A DNA stretch of 63,544 bases, filler included, from Octopus bimaculoides (GCF_001194135.2; 5 parts of 4 records of this genome joined end to end with filler, not necessarily neighbours in it), one strand, 5' to 3'; positions 24,881-38,292 are shown, counted from the first letter of the whole stretch. Notes: a model not told the origin generated them from the letters alone. Translations and numbers: made by a program.

Positions 24881-25266
24881 CAATTTTTTACGAAAATAAG
24901 AACACTGTGCCGCGCACAGCTCAGGACCGTGGAGGTGCACCAGGTGATGCAGTAGAAACTCGCATGAAACCACCGAAGGAAAACTTTTCATAATAATAAC
25001 AAGCGTTTCTGCTATAGGCACAAAGCCTGACATTCTCATAATTATAATAATTCTTTTTCCAATAGCACAAGACCTGAAATTTTGGGGGAGGGCTCTAGTC
25101 GATTATATCGACCTCAGTGATCAACTGGTGCTTATTTCGTCGACCCCGAAATTATGAAAAGCAAAGTCGATCCCGACGGAATTTGAACTCAGAACTCAGT
25201 CGGAAGAAAAGCCGCTAAGTATTTTGTCCGGCATGTTAACGATTCTGCTATCTCACCGCCTTTTTC

Positions 25267-25462
<196 letters not shown>

Positions 25463-26179
25463 TGGCACAAAAACGGAAATTAGGAGTATGCTTGATTGAA
25501 CTAATCCCTCGGAAAACTATATATCAAATCCATAAGGATGAAAGGCGTATTCAGCCGGTACCGATGGCATTTGATTTAGGGCCGTAAACTGACGTCCGTT
25601 AAATACTGCAACTCATCCAATTCGGCGATCAAGTTTTCTTCTTACTCTAATAGCTTTTGTTTGTTCTTTTGAACAGACACCCGTATTTGTATTCAAACTC
25701 TCTGAATTAATATTGTAACATGGTTCGAAGAAGTTTGTTTTATGTTTATGAACATATGCAGTTAATGGAAACATTCAAATGAAACAGTATATATGACACG
25801 CGCAGAAAGTCTTCGTTAGAAATTTAACATTCCGGCTAATTTTTTACACCTCAAATACATATTCTTGTGGTCGTGGTGTGTTGTCTTCTATCGTGCCATG
25901 TAAAATACGTAGCTATGAAAACAGTTATAGGTTAAGAGTGAACGTCACCAAGGAGCGGATCACTCTGAAGTTTCCGCGCTCAAATGAACTGTATTTGTAG
26001 GCTTTGTTCACGGAAGGTTCTAGTCATACTACTAGACTATTATGTGAGCAACAGCAGTTCATTAGACCAAAATTGAGTTTGCGTACATGATCAACGTATA
26101 ATTTTTATGTGGCAAAACGTGGGGTCGAATCCAACTGTTACAATATAATATAACCCGATACTCTTCACCATATCATATA

Positions 26180-26396
26180 CTCTTTTACTCTTTTACTTGT
26201 TTCAGTCATTTGACTGTGGCCATGCTGGAGCACCGCCTTTAGTCGAGTAAATCGACCCCAGGACTTATTCTTTGGATGCCTAGCACTTATTCTATCGGTC
26301 TCTTTTTGCCGAACCGCTAAGTTACGGGGACGTAAACACACCACCATCGGTTGTCAAGCGATGTTGGGGGGACGAACACAGACACACATACACATA

Positions 26397-26438
<42 letters not shown>

Positions 26439-26626
26439 TACAACGGGCTTCTTTCAGTTTCCGTCTACCAAATCCACTCACAAGGCTTTGGTCGGCCCGA
26501 GGCTATAGTAGAAGACACTTGCCCAAGGTGCCACGCAGTGGGACTGATCACCCGGAACCATGTGGTTGGTAAGCAAGCTACTTACCACACAGCCACTCCT
26601 GCGCCTGACCTCTTCTGCTCTCTGTG
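26180..26626 (-). mobile_element. tRNA-derived SINE, family A (central microsatellite), representative near-full copy
   Basis: Head GGCGCAGGAGTGGCTGTGTGGTAAG..., central (TA)n, tail ...GACTGAAACAAGTAAAAGAGTAAAAGAG. Other copies near 174-338(-), 15119-15283(-), 29302-29700(+), 36180-36580(-), 37970-38190(+), 38300-38670(-), 44870-45090(+), 54990-55310(+), 57635-58070(+). Confidence 0.85.
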
Positions 26627-27166
26627 TCAGCTTGTTCCTTCCATGAGCCACCGGATGAAAGGAAGAAAGACAATGGAAAATTGATAGACAGCTGGTTCTT
26701 TTTTTTATTGTTGTTTTTGATGACGCTAACTTGTTATTGTTGATGTTTTTGTCGTAATTGTTGCTGCTGCTGCTGCGATTGTTGTTGTTGTTGATTTTGT
26801 AATTGTTGTTGTTGATGTTGTTGTTGCTTCTCCTGTTGTTAATATTGCCCTTGCTGCTGCTGCTGCTGCTAATATTTCCATTGTTGTCCAGCTGCAGTTG
26901 TTCTTCACAAGGAGGAAGCTAATCTAATCTTCAATCTGCAGCAACTTCCATTTACTTACCCACCCTCACTTACCCCAATTGTCCTCAAGTATTTCATTTA
27001 CACTTCATCGTGTACGACTGTGCAGCGATATTGACGGTTCGCGCCTTGCCAACGCTGTTACGTTGAGCTGATGGTCAACATATCTAACTTCCGCCGGCTC
27101 AGAATGTCCAACCCGCTTTAAGTTACGATGAAATGATGCAGCTATGGTCACTCCGGCTCTGAAAAT

Positions 27167-27167
27167 G

Positions 27168-27216
<49 letters not shown>

Positions 27217-27241
27217 GAGACAGAGAAAAAGAGAGTGTGGA

Positions 27242-27276
<35 letters not shown>

Positions 27277-27764
27277 ATGTGTGCATGTNNNNNNNNNNNN
27301 NNNNNNNNNNNNNNNNNNNNNNNNNNNNNNNNNNNNNNNNNNNNNNNNNNNNNNNNNNNNNNNNNNNNNNNNNNNNNNNNNNNNNNNNNNNNNNNNNNNN
27401 NNNNNNNNNNNNNNNNNNNNNNNNNNNNNNNNNNNNNNNNNNNNNNNNNNNNNNNNNNNNNNNNNNNNNNNNNNNNNNNNNNNNNNNNNNNNNNNNNNNN
27501 NNNNNNNNNNNNNNNNNNNNNNNNNNNNNNNNNNNNNNNNNNNNNNNNNNNNNNNNNNNNNNNNNNNNNNNNNNNNNNNNNNNNNNNNNNNNNNNNNNNN
27601 NNNNNNNNNNNNNNNNNNNNNNNNNNNNNNNNNNNNNNNNNNNNNNNNNNNNNNNNNNNNNNNNNNNNNNNTGTGTGTGTGTGTGTGTGAGTGTGTGTGT
27701 GAGTGTGTGTGTGTGTGTGCGTGAAAGAGAGACAGACAGAGAAAAAGAGAGAGAGAGAGTGTGG

Positions 27765-27795
<31 letters not shown>

Positions 27796-28060
27796 CGTGA
27801 AAGAGAGACAGACAGAGAAAAAGAGAGAGAGTGTGGTTGTGTTTGTGTGTGTGTGAGTGGGTGGGTGTCTGAGTGTGTGTATGTGTGTGTTAGTATGTGT
27901 GTGAGTGTGTGTGTGTTAGTGTGTGTGTGAGTGTGTGTGTGCGTGAGTGTGTGTGTGTGTGAGTGTGTTTGTGCGTTTGTGTTTGAGAGAGAAAGAGAGA
28001 AAGAGAATGCGTGTGTTTGTGGGTGAGTGTGTGTGCGCGTGTGCGAGCGAGCGAGCAAGC
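27167..28060. repeat. Compound (TG)n/(GA)n satellite spanning an N gap
   Basis: Recurring GAAAGAGAGACAGA(CAGA)GAAAAAGAGAG units between (TG)n runs. Confidence 0.93.
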
Positions 28061-28347
28061 TATGCTACTGTGAATATGTACCGTGCGGAAGTGCAACCCG
28101 TCTAGATGTAAACAAGTGTCAGGTTGAAATACAACTCGCGATGTAAATTTGTGAGAATTGGAGGAAAAATCCTCTTAGCAATAAGTAAATAGGCTCCATT
28201 TGGAAGTGCAGTCCATCTAATAATAAGTGGGGAACGAGTGGAAGAATTGTTCACCTTGCTAGAAATTACACTTTCAACTTGGAAGTGTAACAGCTATCAG
28301 GTAGAGCTAGATTCTACCTTGTTTTAATTAGTTACCATGCACAAATA

Positions 28348-28669
28348 CAGTCGAATCCCGGTTTATGAACTCCTTTCACCATGAACAAATTATGTTATGA
28401 ACAATTTTTCGAATACAAAACGTTTCGCGTGACGAACGGTGTCTCGTGTAACGAACTCGCAAGCCGGTAGTAACGGCTGGTGACAAGCTGGGAATATCAG
28501 TGGGAGGGTGTCACTTGCTATCTAGCTCTCGCTCAGTACATATCTCTGATCGAATTCACTCTGCTTTCCCTTGAATTTCCAATGGGAACGGATAGTTCCA
28601 GTTTACGAACATTTCGGGTGACGAATGGCGTTCAGGAACGAATTAAATTCGCGAACATAGATTCTACTT
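28348..28669. mobile_element. Tigger/pogo-like MITE
   Basis: TA|CAGTCGAATCCCGGTTTATGAAC ... TTCGCGAACATAGATTCTACTT|TA degenerate termini; internal (T)ACGAAC motifs. Confidence 0.6.
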
Positions 28670-29480
28670 TACACTCAACTTAGCATTAAATAATTACTAT
28701 ACAGCTTACTTTTCATGTGGAGGTACAATCTACGTAGTTTCAATAGTTGTCATTTAACTCTACATGGCAACTTTTTGAAGCTACGTACATTGTACCTTTA
28801 TATTATAACTATGTGAAGCTAGAAGTGTCATATCTATATGATACCTCTTTAATACTTTGAACGTAGAGAGGGAATATATCCGCTCAATTTCTTTTTTTTT
28901 TCTTTTCACAACCATTGGAGCGCGAAGCGCTCCTCACGAACGCACGTTCGTATGATGGTTGTAATCTGTAAACAGTTTTGAGTAAGAACCAGAAAGAAAA
29001 GTATGAACACGCAATGCGCATGTGAACACTGAATTCGTAAAACGGCAGAGAAGAATAAAAACCCAATGTCAAACTAGTTATATGATGGTTTACATGCCAC
29101 GTCTGACACCCCTATCACGCAGCTTGCTGCAATTTTCTTGTTACCTTTAACTGCAGAAAGCGGTTTTACTCAACGGCTAGGAGAAAAAGATATTTTGCTG
29201 CGAGAAACGGAGACACTGCCTAGCGACGCTTACTTTTTTTCTACAAAAGGCAATTTTTCAAGGTTTATTAATTTTTTATTTTACATATTTTTTCTCATGT
29301 AGGCGCAGGTGTGGCTGTGAGGTAAGAAGTTCGTTTCTCAACCACATGGTTCTTGGTTCAGTCCGACTGCGTGACACTTAGGGTAAGCGTCTTCTACTAT
29401 AGCCTCGGGTTGACCAAAGTCTTATGAATAGATTTGGGAGACGGAAACTGAAACAAGCTCGTAGTATATGTGTGTATATA

Positions 29481-29529
<49 letters not shown>

Positions 29530-30372
29530 GTATGTATATATCTAAATGAATGTGTCCTTGTGTTTGTGTTTGTATTCCCACCAACACTTGACAACCAGTG
29601 TTGATGTGTTTATGTTCTCGTAACTTAACGGTTCGGCAAACGTGTCCGCTAGAATAAGTACCAGATTTTAAAAAATAAATACTGGGCACGCGCGCGCACA
29701 CGCGCACACACACACACACACTCACACACACACACACACATACACACACATACACACACAAGCGGAGATAATTTCAGGTATTAAGAATTCTCCAAAGTTG
29801 ACATACCATTACGGCTTATTGTCTGGAGATAAGAAGACAATTAAGGACACGTTTTTCTGCCTCAATGGGCGTCATTAGCAAAGCATGCATGCATACATAC
29901 ATACATACATACATACATACATGGTGGAAATTGACTCGTAGCCGAGTAAGACCACTTGGTTTCCTTCTCGCCGAGAACGTCACATACGGATCCTAACACC
30001 TGTAGGTGTTACAAGCCATTAGGTACCTCTACCAGTAACCCGACTAACTAGATGTTGGGACCTATAATGCCGAGTAAGTTCACTGGCCGACTCACACACT
30101 CTGCTACACATACATACATACATACATACATACATACATACCGGTTGCATAGCCATGACTTTTTACACACTCCATATACTAATTATGGACATTACAATTA
30201 TTACATAATTCCCAGTTTCTTTCGAGTTAAAAATGCTATGCATTCTTTCCATAGTATTTTGCCCTTTATATGCTCTTTGTAAATTTATTTCTCTCCATAT
30301 AAATAAAAAGCTATATGTGCTTATGTTTTTATCTTACGAATATATTTAGTTATATATATATATATATATACA

Positions 30373-31921
30373 CAGTCTTGGCCAAAAGTATTAGGCCACC
30401 CCAATGTTGTGGGGTTCTGCTATCTCAATGTTAATGAAACTCGTGCACATGGTAGATTGTGGTATATTTCACAATATACATTAGTTTTAATATCTAGTTG
30501 ACCCTCCATTAGCATCAATTACCGTTTTTATACTGTACTGTACATATGCAAGTAATTATGAGTAAGACCAACGTCCGAAATTAACTTATGTTTCCTTGAT
30601 TATTTCAGAGTTTTACGCTGAAATATGTTGCAGATACAGTTAATAAACAGTAAAATGCCTAAAACAAGGGTTTTGAGTGAGTGTGAGCGAGGTCAAATCG
30701 TAGCTCATCATGAAGATGGAATGTCTCAAAAGCAAATTGCTCAGAAGATGAAATGTTCTCGATGTGCGGTGCAAACGACTCTTAAGCGCTTCAGAGAGAG
30801 ACAAAGGATGTGAAGACAATACAAAGAGCGGGTAGACAAAAGGTTACATCACCTCGTGATGACAGATCAATCATCAGTCAGTGGCTCAGAAACAGGAGAA
30901 AAAACATCGTTGGAGCTCTGTGCGGACTTCAACGAGGCAAGTACTTCACAAATATCAAACAGAACTGTTAGAAGAAAGCTTGTAGAGTATGGTCCGAAAG
31001 GCTGTAATGCCAGGAAGAAGCCATGGGTTTCTAAATCGAATTTGGAAAAACGTCTTCAGTGGGCCAAAACCCACTCAGATTGGACTTGTGAGCAATGATC
31101 GAAAGTCATATGGTCTGATGAAAGTAACTATAAGGTAAGAGAGTACATGTACTCAATCAACATATAAACTTAATGTAACTAGTTTGTTGTCCAAAATATA
31201 TTAAAAAAAGTATCCAACGTAAAGCTAATATTTTTCACGTTTTTACTCAGGTTTTGGTACATCTGGTGCAACTTTCGTGCGTTGCAGAGTTGGGGAAGCA
31301 TTTAAGGCTGAATGTCTGGTACCAACCATAAAACATGGAGATGGTTCAACAATGGTGTGGGCCTGCATGTCTACCACAGGACCCAGAGGAATGTTTTTAT
31401 GTCAGGGAAGGATAAATTCAGTTACATATGTTTCTATGTTATCGAATGTTTTAAAGCCATCAATTGCTAAATTGCATCCAAGAGTGTCGGAAAACAGTGT
31501 TATCTTTCAACAGGACAACGCTCTATGCTACACAGCAAAGAATACTCGTCAATGGCTTGAGATACAGGCTATTTTTCCCATGGACTGGCCAGTTCAAAGC
31601 CCCGATCAAAATCCGATCGAACACCTATGAGGAACTCTTGGTGAAGCTATCAGGAACATAACAATTAAAAATAAAGAGCATTTGTACCAAACGTTAAGAG
31701 AAGAAAGGAGTAAAATTGCGCCTAGCATCTGCAAGAAACTAGTTGATTCAATGCCTAGCCGTTTAAAAGCAGTAATTGATGCTAAAGGAGGGTCAACCAG
31801 ATATTAAAACTAATGTATATTGTGAAATATACCATAATCTACCGTGTGCACGAGTTTCATTAACGTTGAGATAGCAGAACCCAAAAACATTGGGGTGGCC
31901 TAATACTTTTGGCCAAGGCTG
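30373..31921 (+). mobile_element. Tc1-family (DD34E) DNA transposon, full length, defective transposase
   Basis: ~157-bp imperfect TIRs (CAGTCTTGGCCAAAAGTATTAGGCCACCCC... / ...GGGGTGGCCTAATACTTTTGGCCAAGGCTG) followed by TA. Transposase ATG 30655 to TAA 31807: HTH MPKTRVLSECERGQIV, WSDES, FQQDNA-34aa-PIE. Frameshifts and in-frame stops present. Confidence 0.93.
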
Positions 31922-32029
31922 TATATATANNNNNNNNNNNNNNNNNNNNNNNNNNNNNNNNNNNNNNNNNNNNTTAATTAATTAANNNNNNNNNNNNNNN
32001 NNNNNNNNNNNNNNNNNNNNNNNNNNNNN

Positions 32030-32370
32030 GTAGCTGGTCTTCTCTTGGAAGAGCCCTGCTTCTCACATGGACAACTGTATGTTGGCTGCTCAAGAGTGGG
32101 CAGCAAAAAAAAACCTATTTGTATATGCTCCACAAGGGAAAACAAGGAACATAGTTTACAACGAGGTGTTATAATCACAACAGCAAGAAAGTATGTACAT
32201 GATCTCCTTCTTTTACGAAACTTCATTGACTTTCATATATTTATATTGATATACATATATATACGTGTGTGTATATACATCTCTATATATAAAGATGATG
32301 CGTAGTCTAGACGGCGTTTTTAGATTTCATTATTCTCTTTAACCCGGGCAACGCCGGGTATTTCTGCTAG
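32030..32370 (+). mobile_element. Helitron 3' end (helicase C-terminus, hairpin, CTAG terminus)
   Basis: LEEPCFSHGQLYVGCSRVG..KTRNIVYNEVL* (stop 32172-74, one frameshift); hairpin ACCCGG-GCAACG-CCGGGT at 32342-32359; CTAG at 32367-70 followed by T. Confidence 0.9.
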
Positions 32371-32634
32371 TAGTTAATAAAAGTCTAATATACATTCCAT
32401 CTACTTTATTAATACTATTACCCCAACTGCCACTATGAAGTTCCTGAAGTAAATCTATGGATAACAACAGGCAACCTAAACTGTGCCGGTGCTTTACTTA
32501 TCTTCTAATTATACATTTTTTTACATTTTTGTATAATTTTTCCATTACTTATATATATATATATAACTTTCATTAAACACTTCTCCAACCTCTACCACTA
32601 TAAGAAATAGGCTTAAAAGAAATGAACACTTACT

Positions 32635-32845
32635 CTCTCTCTCTCTCCCTCTCACACACACACACTCTCTCTCTCACACACACACACACTCTCTCTCTCT
32701 CACACTCTCTCTCTCTCACACTCTCTCTCTCTCACACTCTCTCTCTCTCACACTCTCTCTCTCTCACACTCTCTTTCTCTCACACTCTCTTTCTCTCACA
32801 CTCTCTCTCACACACACACACTTTCTCTCTCTCTCTCTCTCTCCT
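32635..32845. repeat. (CT)n/(CA)n compound minisatellite
   Basis: CTCTCTCTCTCTCACACT-like units. Confidence 0.92.
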
Positions 32846-33229
32846 TTTCTTAGAAAATATCTATGCCTTCCTTTATCTAATGTTCTGTTGCATACAGTAT
32901 AGACACCCACCACACACATACATGCACACTGTTTCATGTACACTCATTAAAGCCTATTTTGACACTGCCTCTCGGCCATAGGTGCTTTTTTAGCAGATTT
33001 TGCTCCTTTGCAAGCATTTGAATTAAGTATCTGCTTGGAGACTATTATACTGATGGTTTTTTTGTGCCCGAAACTTAGTAAACCTGGTGGACAATTATCT
33101 TTCCTCTTCTCTAACATTCTGTTCCAACCAAACACATTGTATTCCTTACCATGGTGCAACTCTCTCAACCCCCATCCATAGTCCTTTGCTGCTGTCTAGG
33201 CTACATTCTGAAAGGTGTTGATCATTCAT

Positions 33230-33450
33230 ATGTAGATTCCACTCTCCAATCCATTCACCTCTCTCACTTTGATACTGAAAATAAAATAGAAGCTTAGGTT
33301 CTGCTCAATTTACTCTTCTCTGAACTTGTTCAATCAGCAACAACTTTTCATCATATCTTCTTCTCTTGTCAAGAACATCTGTCTCACTTCACCCCTCTCT
33401 GAAATCATTGTCCTCAGTAACTTCAATGCTCACAACTCTTCTTGCCTTTC
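33230..33450 (+). mobile_element. Possible decayed LINE APE endonuclease fragment
   Basis: SPLSEIIVLSNFNAHNSS resembles the IIVLGDFNAH motif. Confidence 0.4.
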
Positions 33451-36400
33451 ACACACATCTTTGCTCTCACACTCACCACAGCTCTTACTCTCATCATGGC
33501 TCTCACTCACATCTTGATTCTCACATGCATTTTAACTCTCATACCCATAATGACTCTCACAATCAGAATCTCTCACACTCATCACAGTTCTCTTCATCTC
33601 AGCTCTCACTCATCTTCTATTGATACTGGCAGGACAGAGACCAAATATTTTATAATCCTCAATTTCTACATCAACCAATTCTTATTTTCTCCTTTGATTA
33701 ACACACAGACACTTTAGATACCCTTGACCAAACACAACCTCTACCAAATTACTTAAACATTGCCTTTATACAACTACTCACTGCATATCCACACAATGTA
33801 CTACCTACTTCTCACATGCTGACCTTATGCTCTTTAAGTCAGCGTTGCTAATTGATCACTCATTATTCCTGGCAGCTTACTGGCTCACAAACATTCTATC
33901 TCCTTTCTCTACTTTTTCTGCCTCAACTGCAATGACCTCTGCTTTTCAGAAATAGTTGGTTTTGCATCACTGACACTCAAGGACTCCCTACTCACTCATC
34001 TCTCTTTTTTTCTCTTTACTCACTCTCAGGAGACACACTAACTGCTATACTTAGTCCTTCGTCTTCAGAATGTTGGTCATCTGAAACTGAAGAGCCCATA
34101 AAAGCCGACTGCTCAGTCCCTTCATATCTAACCTTTTTGACACTAATTCCCCCGAGACCACTTCTGATTCTTTGATATAGCACCACCTGTTTTAAAGGGC
34201 TCAAATTAAAACTCCTATTATAATTTTATGCAACAACTTATTATTACACTCCAAATACCAGCTTAAATAATTAAAATCTTAGTTGTTTTACAGTATCTCT
34301 CCAAGGTCTTGATTATTTTCAAAATTAATTGAAATACACAGGTTGTGTAGTTTGTTAGAAATATGAACCACAAAACAGTTAAAAACTACCAAAACAACAA
34401 TCTTCGCTATTTTAGATATAAACAAATTTTTTTCAGATGTCTAGTTCAGTTTATTAGCATAATTTTCTCAGCATAACTCCTCATTATTCATTTGTTTTTG
34501 AAGAGCCTACTGCCAAAGTGTTAGCTTCTGTTGAGAAAGTTTGTTGATCTAATTTCATTTTAGAACAGCGGTTGTATTAAAAATTGGTCTTTGTTTTTAT
34601 TCATAACAAACTTCATTTATGAGATTTTATTTATAGAAGACATCTAAACTGATTTGTTTTCTTTCTGAATCTGGCTGATTCATACAGAGTTAAGACGGAG
34701 ATAGGTGTCTGTGGTGATATTCTGATGAAGCAGTTGGGTACTTCTCTTTAAAGATCTTTCTGCGCACGTATAAGAAATATTTATAGGAGTGCATATATAC
34801 GTATAATATATATATTTAATTCATACACCCATACATATACTCACTCACACACATACATGTACAGATTAGTTTAGATATCTGTATTTATATATATTAACAG
34901 AAAAAAAAACTCAATACATGAAATAAAGTAAAATTTTTTTAATGATGGAACTTTGAAGTAACTGCCACTTAAAATATGCATGTATGTATGCATATTTGTA
35001 TGTGAATACATGTGTGTGTATGGTACATGTGTAGCTATATATGCTTATATGTGCATATATGAATGCTTATATGTGTATATATGAATAAACAACTAAGATT
35101 TTGAATATAAATGCTGTTAAACATTGTTAGACATAAATGCTAATTTAAGCTCTCAAATAACAAACCCACTAACAGAACTCAAACAAGATCTCTTTTGTTG
35201 TTTTTAGATTTTAAGCTGCTCTAAAAACAGGTTTTGTCTACTAATTGCCAGAATAATCTCAGTTAATCAAATTTTTTTCTTTTTTAATGTCACTCACTAT
35301 ATTATATCTATCATATTTTTTCTATATTTGCATTTAGTATACAGAATGCTCATGAAAAGCATTTTTTTCTCAGTCATATTGCTTACGTATCATTCATTTA
35401 CCAAATGACTCTCTCATTCTCAAATTGAGTATTTTGAATATTTATCAGTGGAGATATAAAACTTTGATTAAATATCTCACTTGTTTCACAAAATAATTCA
35501 TTTACCACTCAACATGCATGGCTGTGTAGTAAGATGTTTTCTTCCATGGCTCCAGGTTCAGTCCTACTACATGGCACCTTGGGAAAATATCTTCCACAGT
35601 AACCTTGGGCCAACCAAAGCTTTGTGACTGAAGTGGATTTGGTGGACAGAAGCTGTGTGGAAGCTCACTGTGTGTGTGTGTGTGCACGCATGTATTTCTG
35701 TCATTTTGCCTTAACATGGCGTGGTAGTTGTGAATGAATGTCACTGTCATACAAGCAGTGCCCTTCATTTCTATTCTTCTGTGAAAAACATGTCTGATCA
35801 TGGGAACACATAACCTTGCTTGGAAATAGGTGAGGTTGGTGACAAGAAGGGCATATGGCTTCAACCAATTCTGCTTCAACCAATTCTGTCCAACCCATGC
35901 AGGTATGGAAAAGTGGATGTTAAAGCAAATTAGTCTATGCCTAGCACTGGCTAGGCATAGACTAATTTGACTGTTGTTTAACACATTGAGATATTTCACT
36001 TTAGTTTGATGTTTGTGATATTTGCGATGAAAATGTTTTTCATTAAATGGCTAGCAAACATTTAGAATAGCTAATTAAAAAGGAGAAATCACATGTTGAA
36101 AAATATATACATTGAGAGACATGTACTTTCCAATCTCAAATTAATGTCTAAAATAATAATACTGCTGCTACTGATAATAATGATGATAATCTTTTAGTCT
36201 GCGGCCATGCTGGGGCACCACCCTGGAGAATTTTAGTTGAACGAATCAACTCCAATACTAATTTTTGTTTTTAATCCTGGTACTTATTCTATTAGTTTTT
36301 TTTTTGCCAAACTGCTAAGTTATGGGGATATAAACAAGCCAACATCAGTAATCAAGCAGTGTTGGGGGACACAAATACAAACCCACACACACACACACAC

Positions 36401-36579
36401 AAACACATATATGTATACAATGGGCTTCTTTCCGTTTCCATCTACCAAATCTACTCCCAAAGCTTTGGTTGGCTGGGGCTAGAGTAAAAGACACTTGCCC
36501 AAGGTGCCATGTAGTGAGACTGAACCTGGAACTATGTGGTTGGGAAGCAAGGTTCTTACCATACAACTACACCTGCACC

Positions 36580-36611
<32 letters not shown>

Positions 36612-36613
<2 letters not shown>

Positions 36614-37267
36614 TCTCAACAGGCATGATAGAGCTGCACAATATATTCACTGGGTAATTTGCAAAAACCTGGACTTGCCCCATAATAAAAACTGGTGGGA
36701 ACACAAACCACCCCCAGTACTTGAAAATGATCACATCGCACTCCTCTGGAACTTTACCATTCAAACTGACAGAAAGATAGATGCAAATAGGCCAGACATC
36801 ATACTGAAAGACTTCAGACAAAAATCATGCCTCCTCATTGATATGACTGTCCCAATCNNNNNNNNNNNNNNNNNNNNNNNNNNNNNNNNNNNNNNNNNNN
36901 NNNNNNNNNNNNNNNNNNNNNNNNNNNNNNNNNNNNNNNNNNNNNNNNNNNNNNNNNNNNNNNNNNNNNNNNNNNNNNNNNNNNNNNNNNNNNNNNNNNN
37001 NNNNNNNNNNNNNNNNGTTCAAAAGATAGTGCTCATGGGAACTGCCCATATCCTACGTAAAATACTGTCTATGTGATCTCAAATTTTAAAACAAACACAT
37101 AATTTTCTTATGGTTTCTTAAACATTCTCTAGAACAACACTGAACAAATCCAAATATATGGTACCCTAGGCATAACACCTACATGAACTTCTAACTTGTT
37201 GTCTCTTGAGGTCTCTGGGTGAGACTTGGATCCAACTTGTACAAATGCAAAGCAAAAGTCAAACATA

Positions 37268-37268
<1 letters not shown>
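36612..37268 (+). mobile_element. R4/Dong-type RLE fragment with 3'UTR
   Basis: LWNFTIQTDRKIDANRPDIILKD..LLIDMTVP ... VQKIVLMGTAHILRKILSM*; (TAA)n on both sides. Confidence 0.88.
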
Positions 37269-37304
<36 letters not shown>

Positions 37305-38192
37305 TATTATTATTATTATTATTGTTATTATTATTATTATTACAATTTCAAATTTTGGCAGAAGGCCAGTAATTTCAGGGGATGGGGTATGTTGATTACA
37401 CAAACTCCAGAGTTCAAAAGGTACTTATTTTATCAGACCAGAAAGGATACAAGGCAAGGTCAACTTCAGTAACATTTGAACTCAGAACATAAAAACAGAA
37501 GAAAGTATTTCTTTTGCTAACAATTTTGGTGGAATAAGTACTTTTTGTAAACAGTAATTAGACAATCTATTCTTAGTTTTTATCATGTTTAGTTCAAAGT
37601 ACCATGAAGACCACTTGCCGAGAGACTGGCTTTGTATGACTGGTCTATGATTAAGAGACAAGGAATAAGGGAGCTGAGAAAGCAGTTGGGTCTTTAAAGC
37701 ATTGACCAATCAATGACTGTTGAAACACACTCATTATGAGTAAAAGTATGTCAATAACTGACAACATAAAGTATCTGTTACATATAAAACAAGGACGACA
37801 TGGAAAGATGTCGTCAAGTGAGATATGATTACGATTAGCATTACGGATGAGATGATATGATATAGAGTCAATTGAAGATAAACTGCACTGCAGACCCATT
37901 CAATCCATGTCTACAGAGAAAATTTGCTGTTGGAAAAAGTGATAAATTAATATGCATTTATATGCATAGGCATAAGCTTGACTGTGTGGTAAGAAGCTTC
38001 CTTCTCAACCACATGGCCCCAGGTTCAGTCCCACTGCGTGGCACCTTGGGCAAGTGTTTTCTACTATAGCTTCTGGGCAACCAAAGCCTTGTGAGTGGAT
38101 TTGGTAGACAGAAACTGAAAGAAGTCTGTCATATATATGTATGTATATGTGTGTGTGTGTGTGTGATTCTGTGTCTGTGTTTGTGTTTGTAT

Positions 38193-38292
38193 NNNNNNNN
38201 NNNNNNNNNNNNNNNNNNNNNNNNNNNNNNNNNNNNTTAATTAATTAANNNNNNNNNNNNNNNNNNNNNNNNNNNNNNNNNNNNNNNNNNNN
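38193..38292. other. Artificial scaffolding spacer N44-TTAATTAATTAA-N44
   Basis: Identical 100-bp construct also at 14967-15066, 20519-20618 and 31930-32029. Confidence 0.95.
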
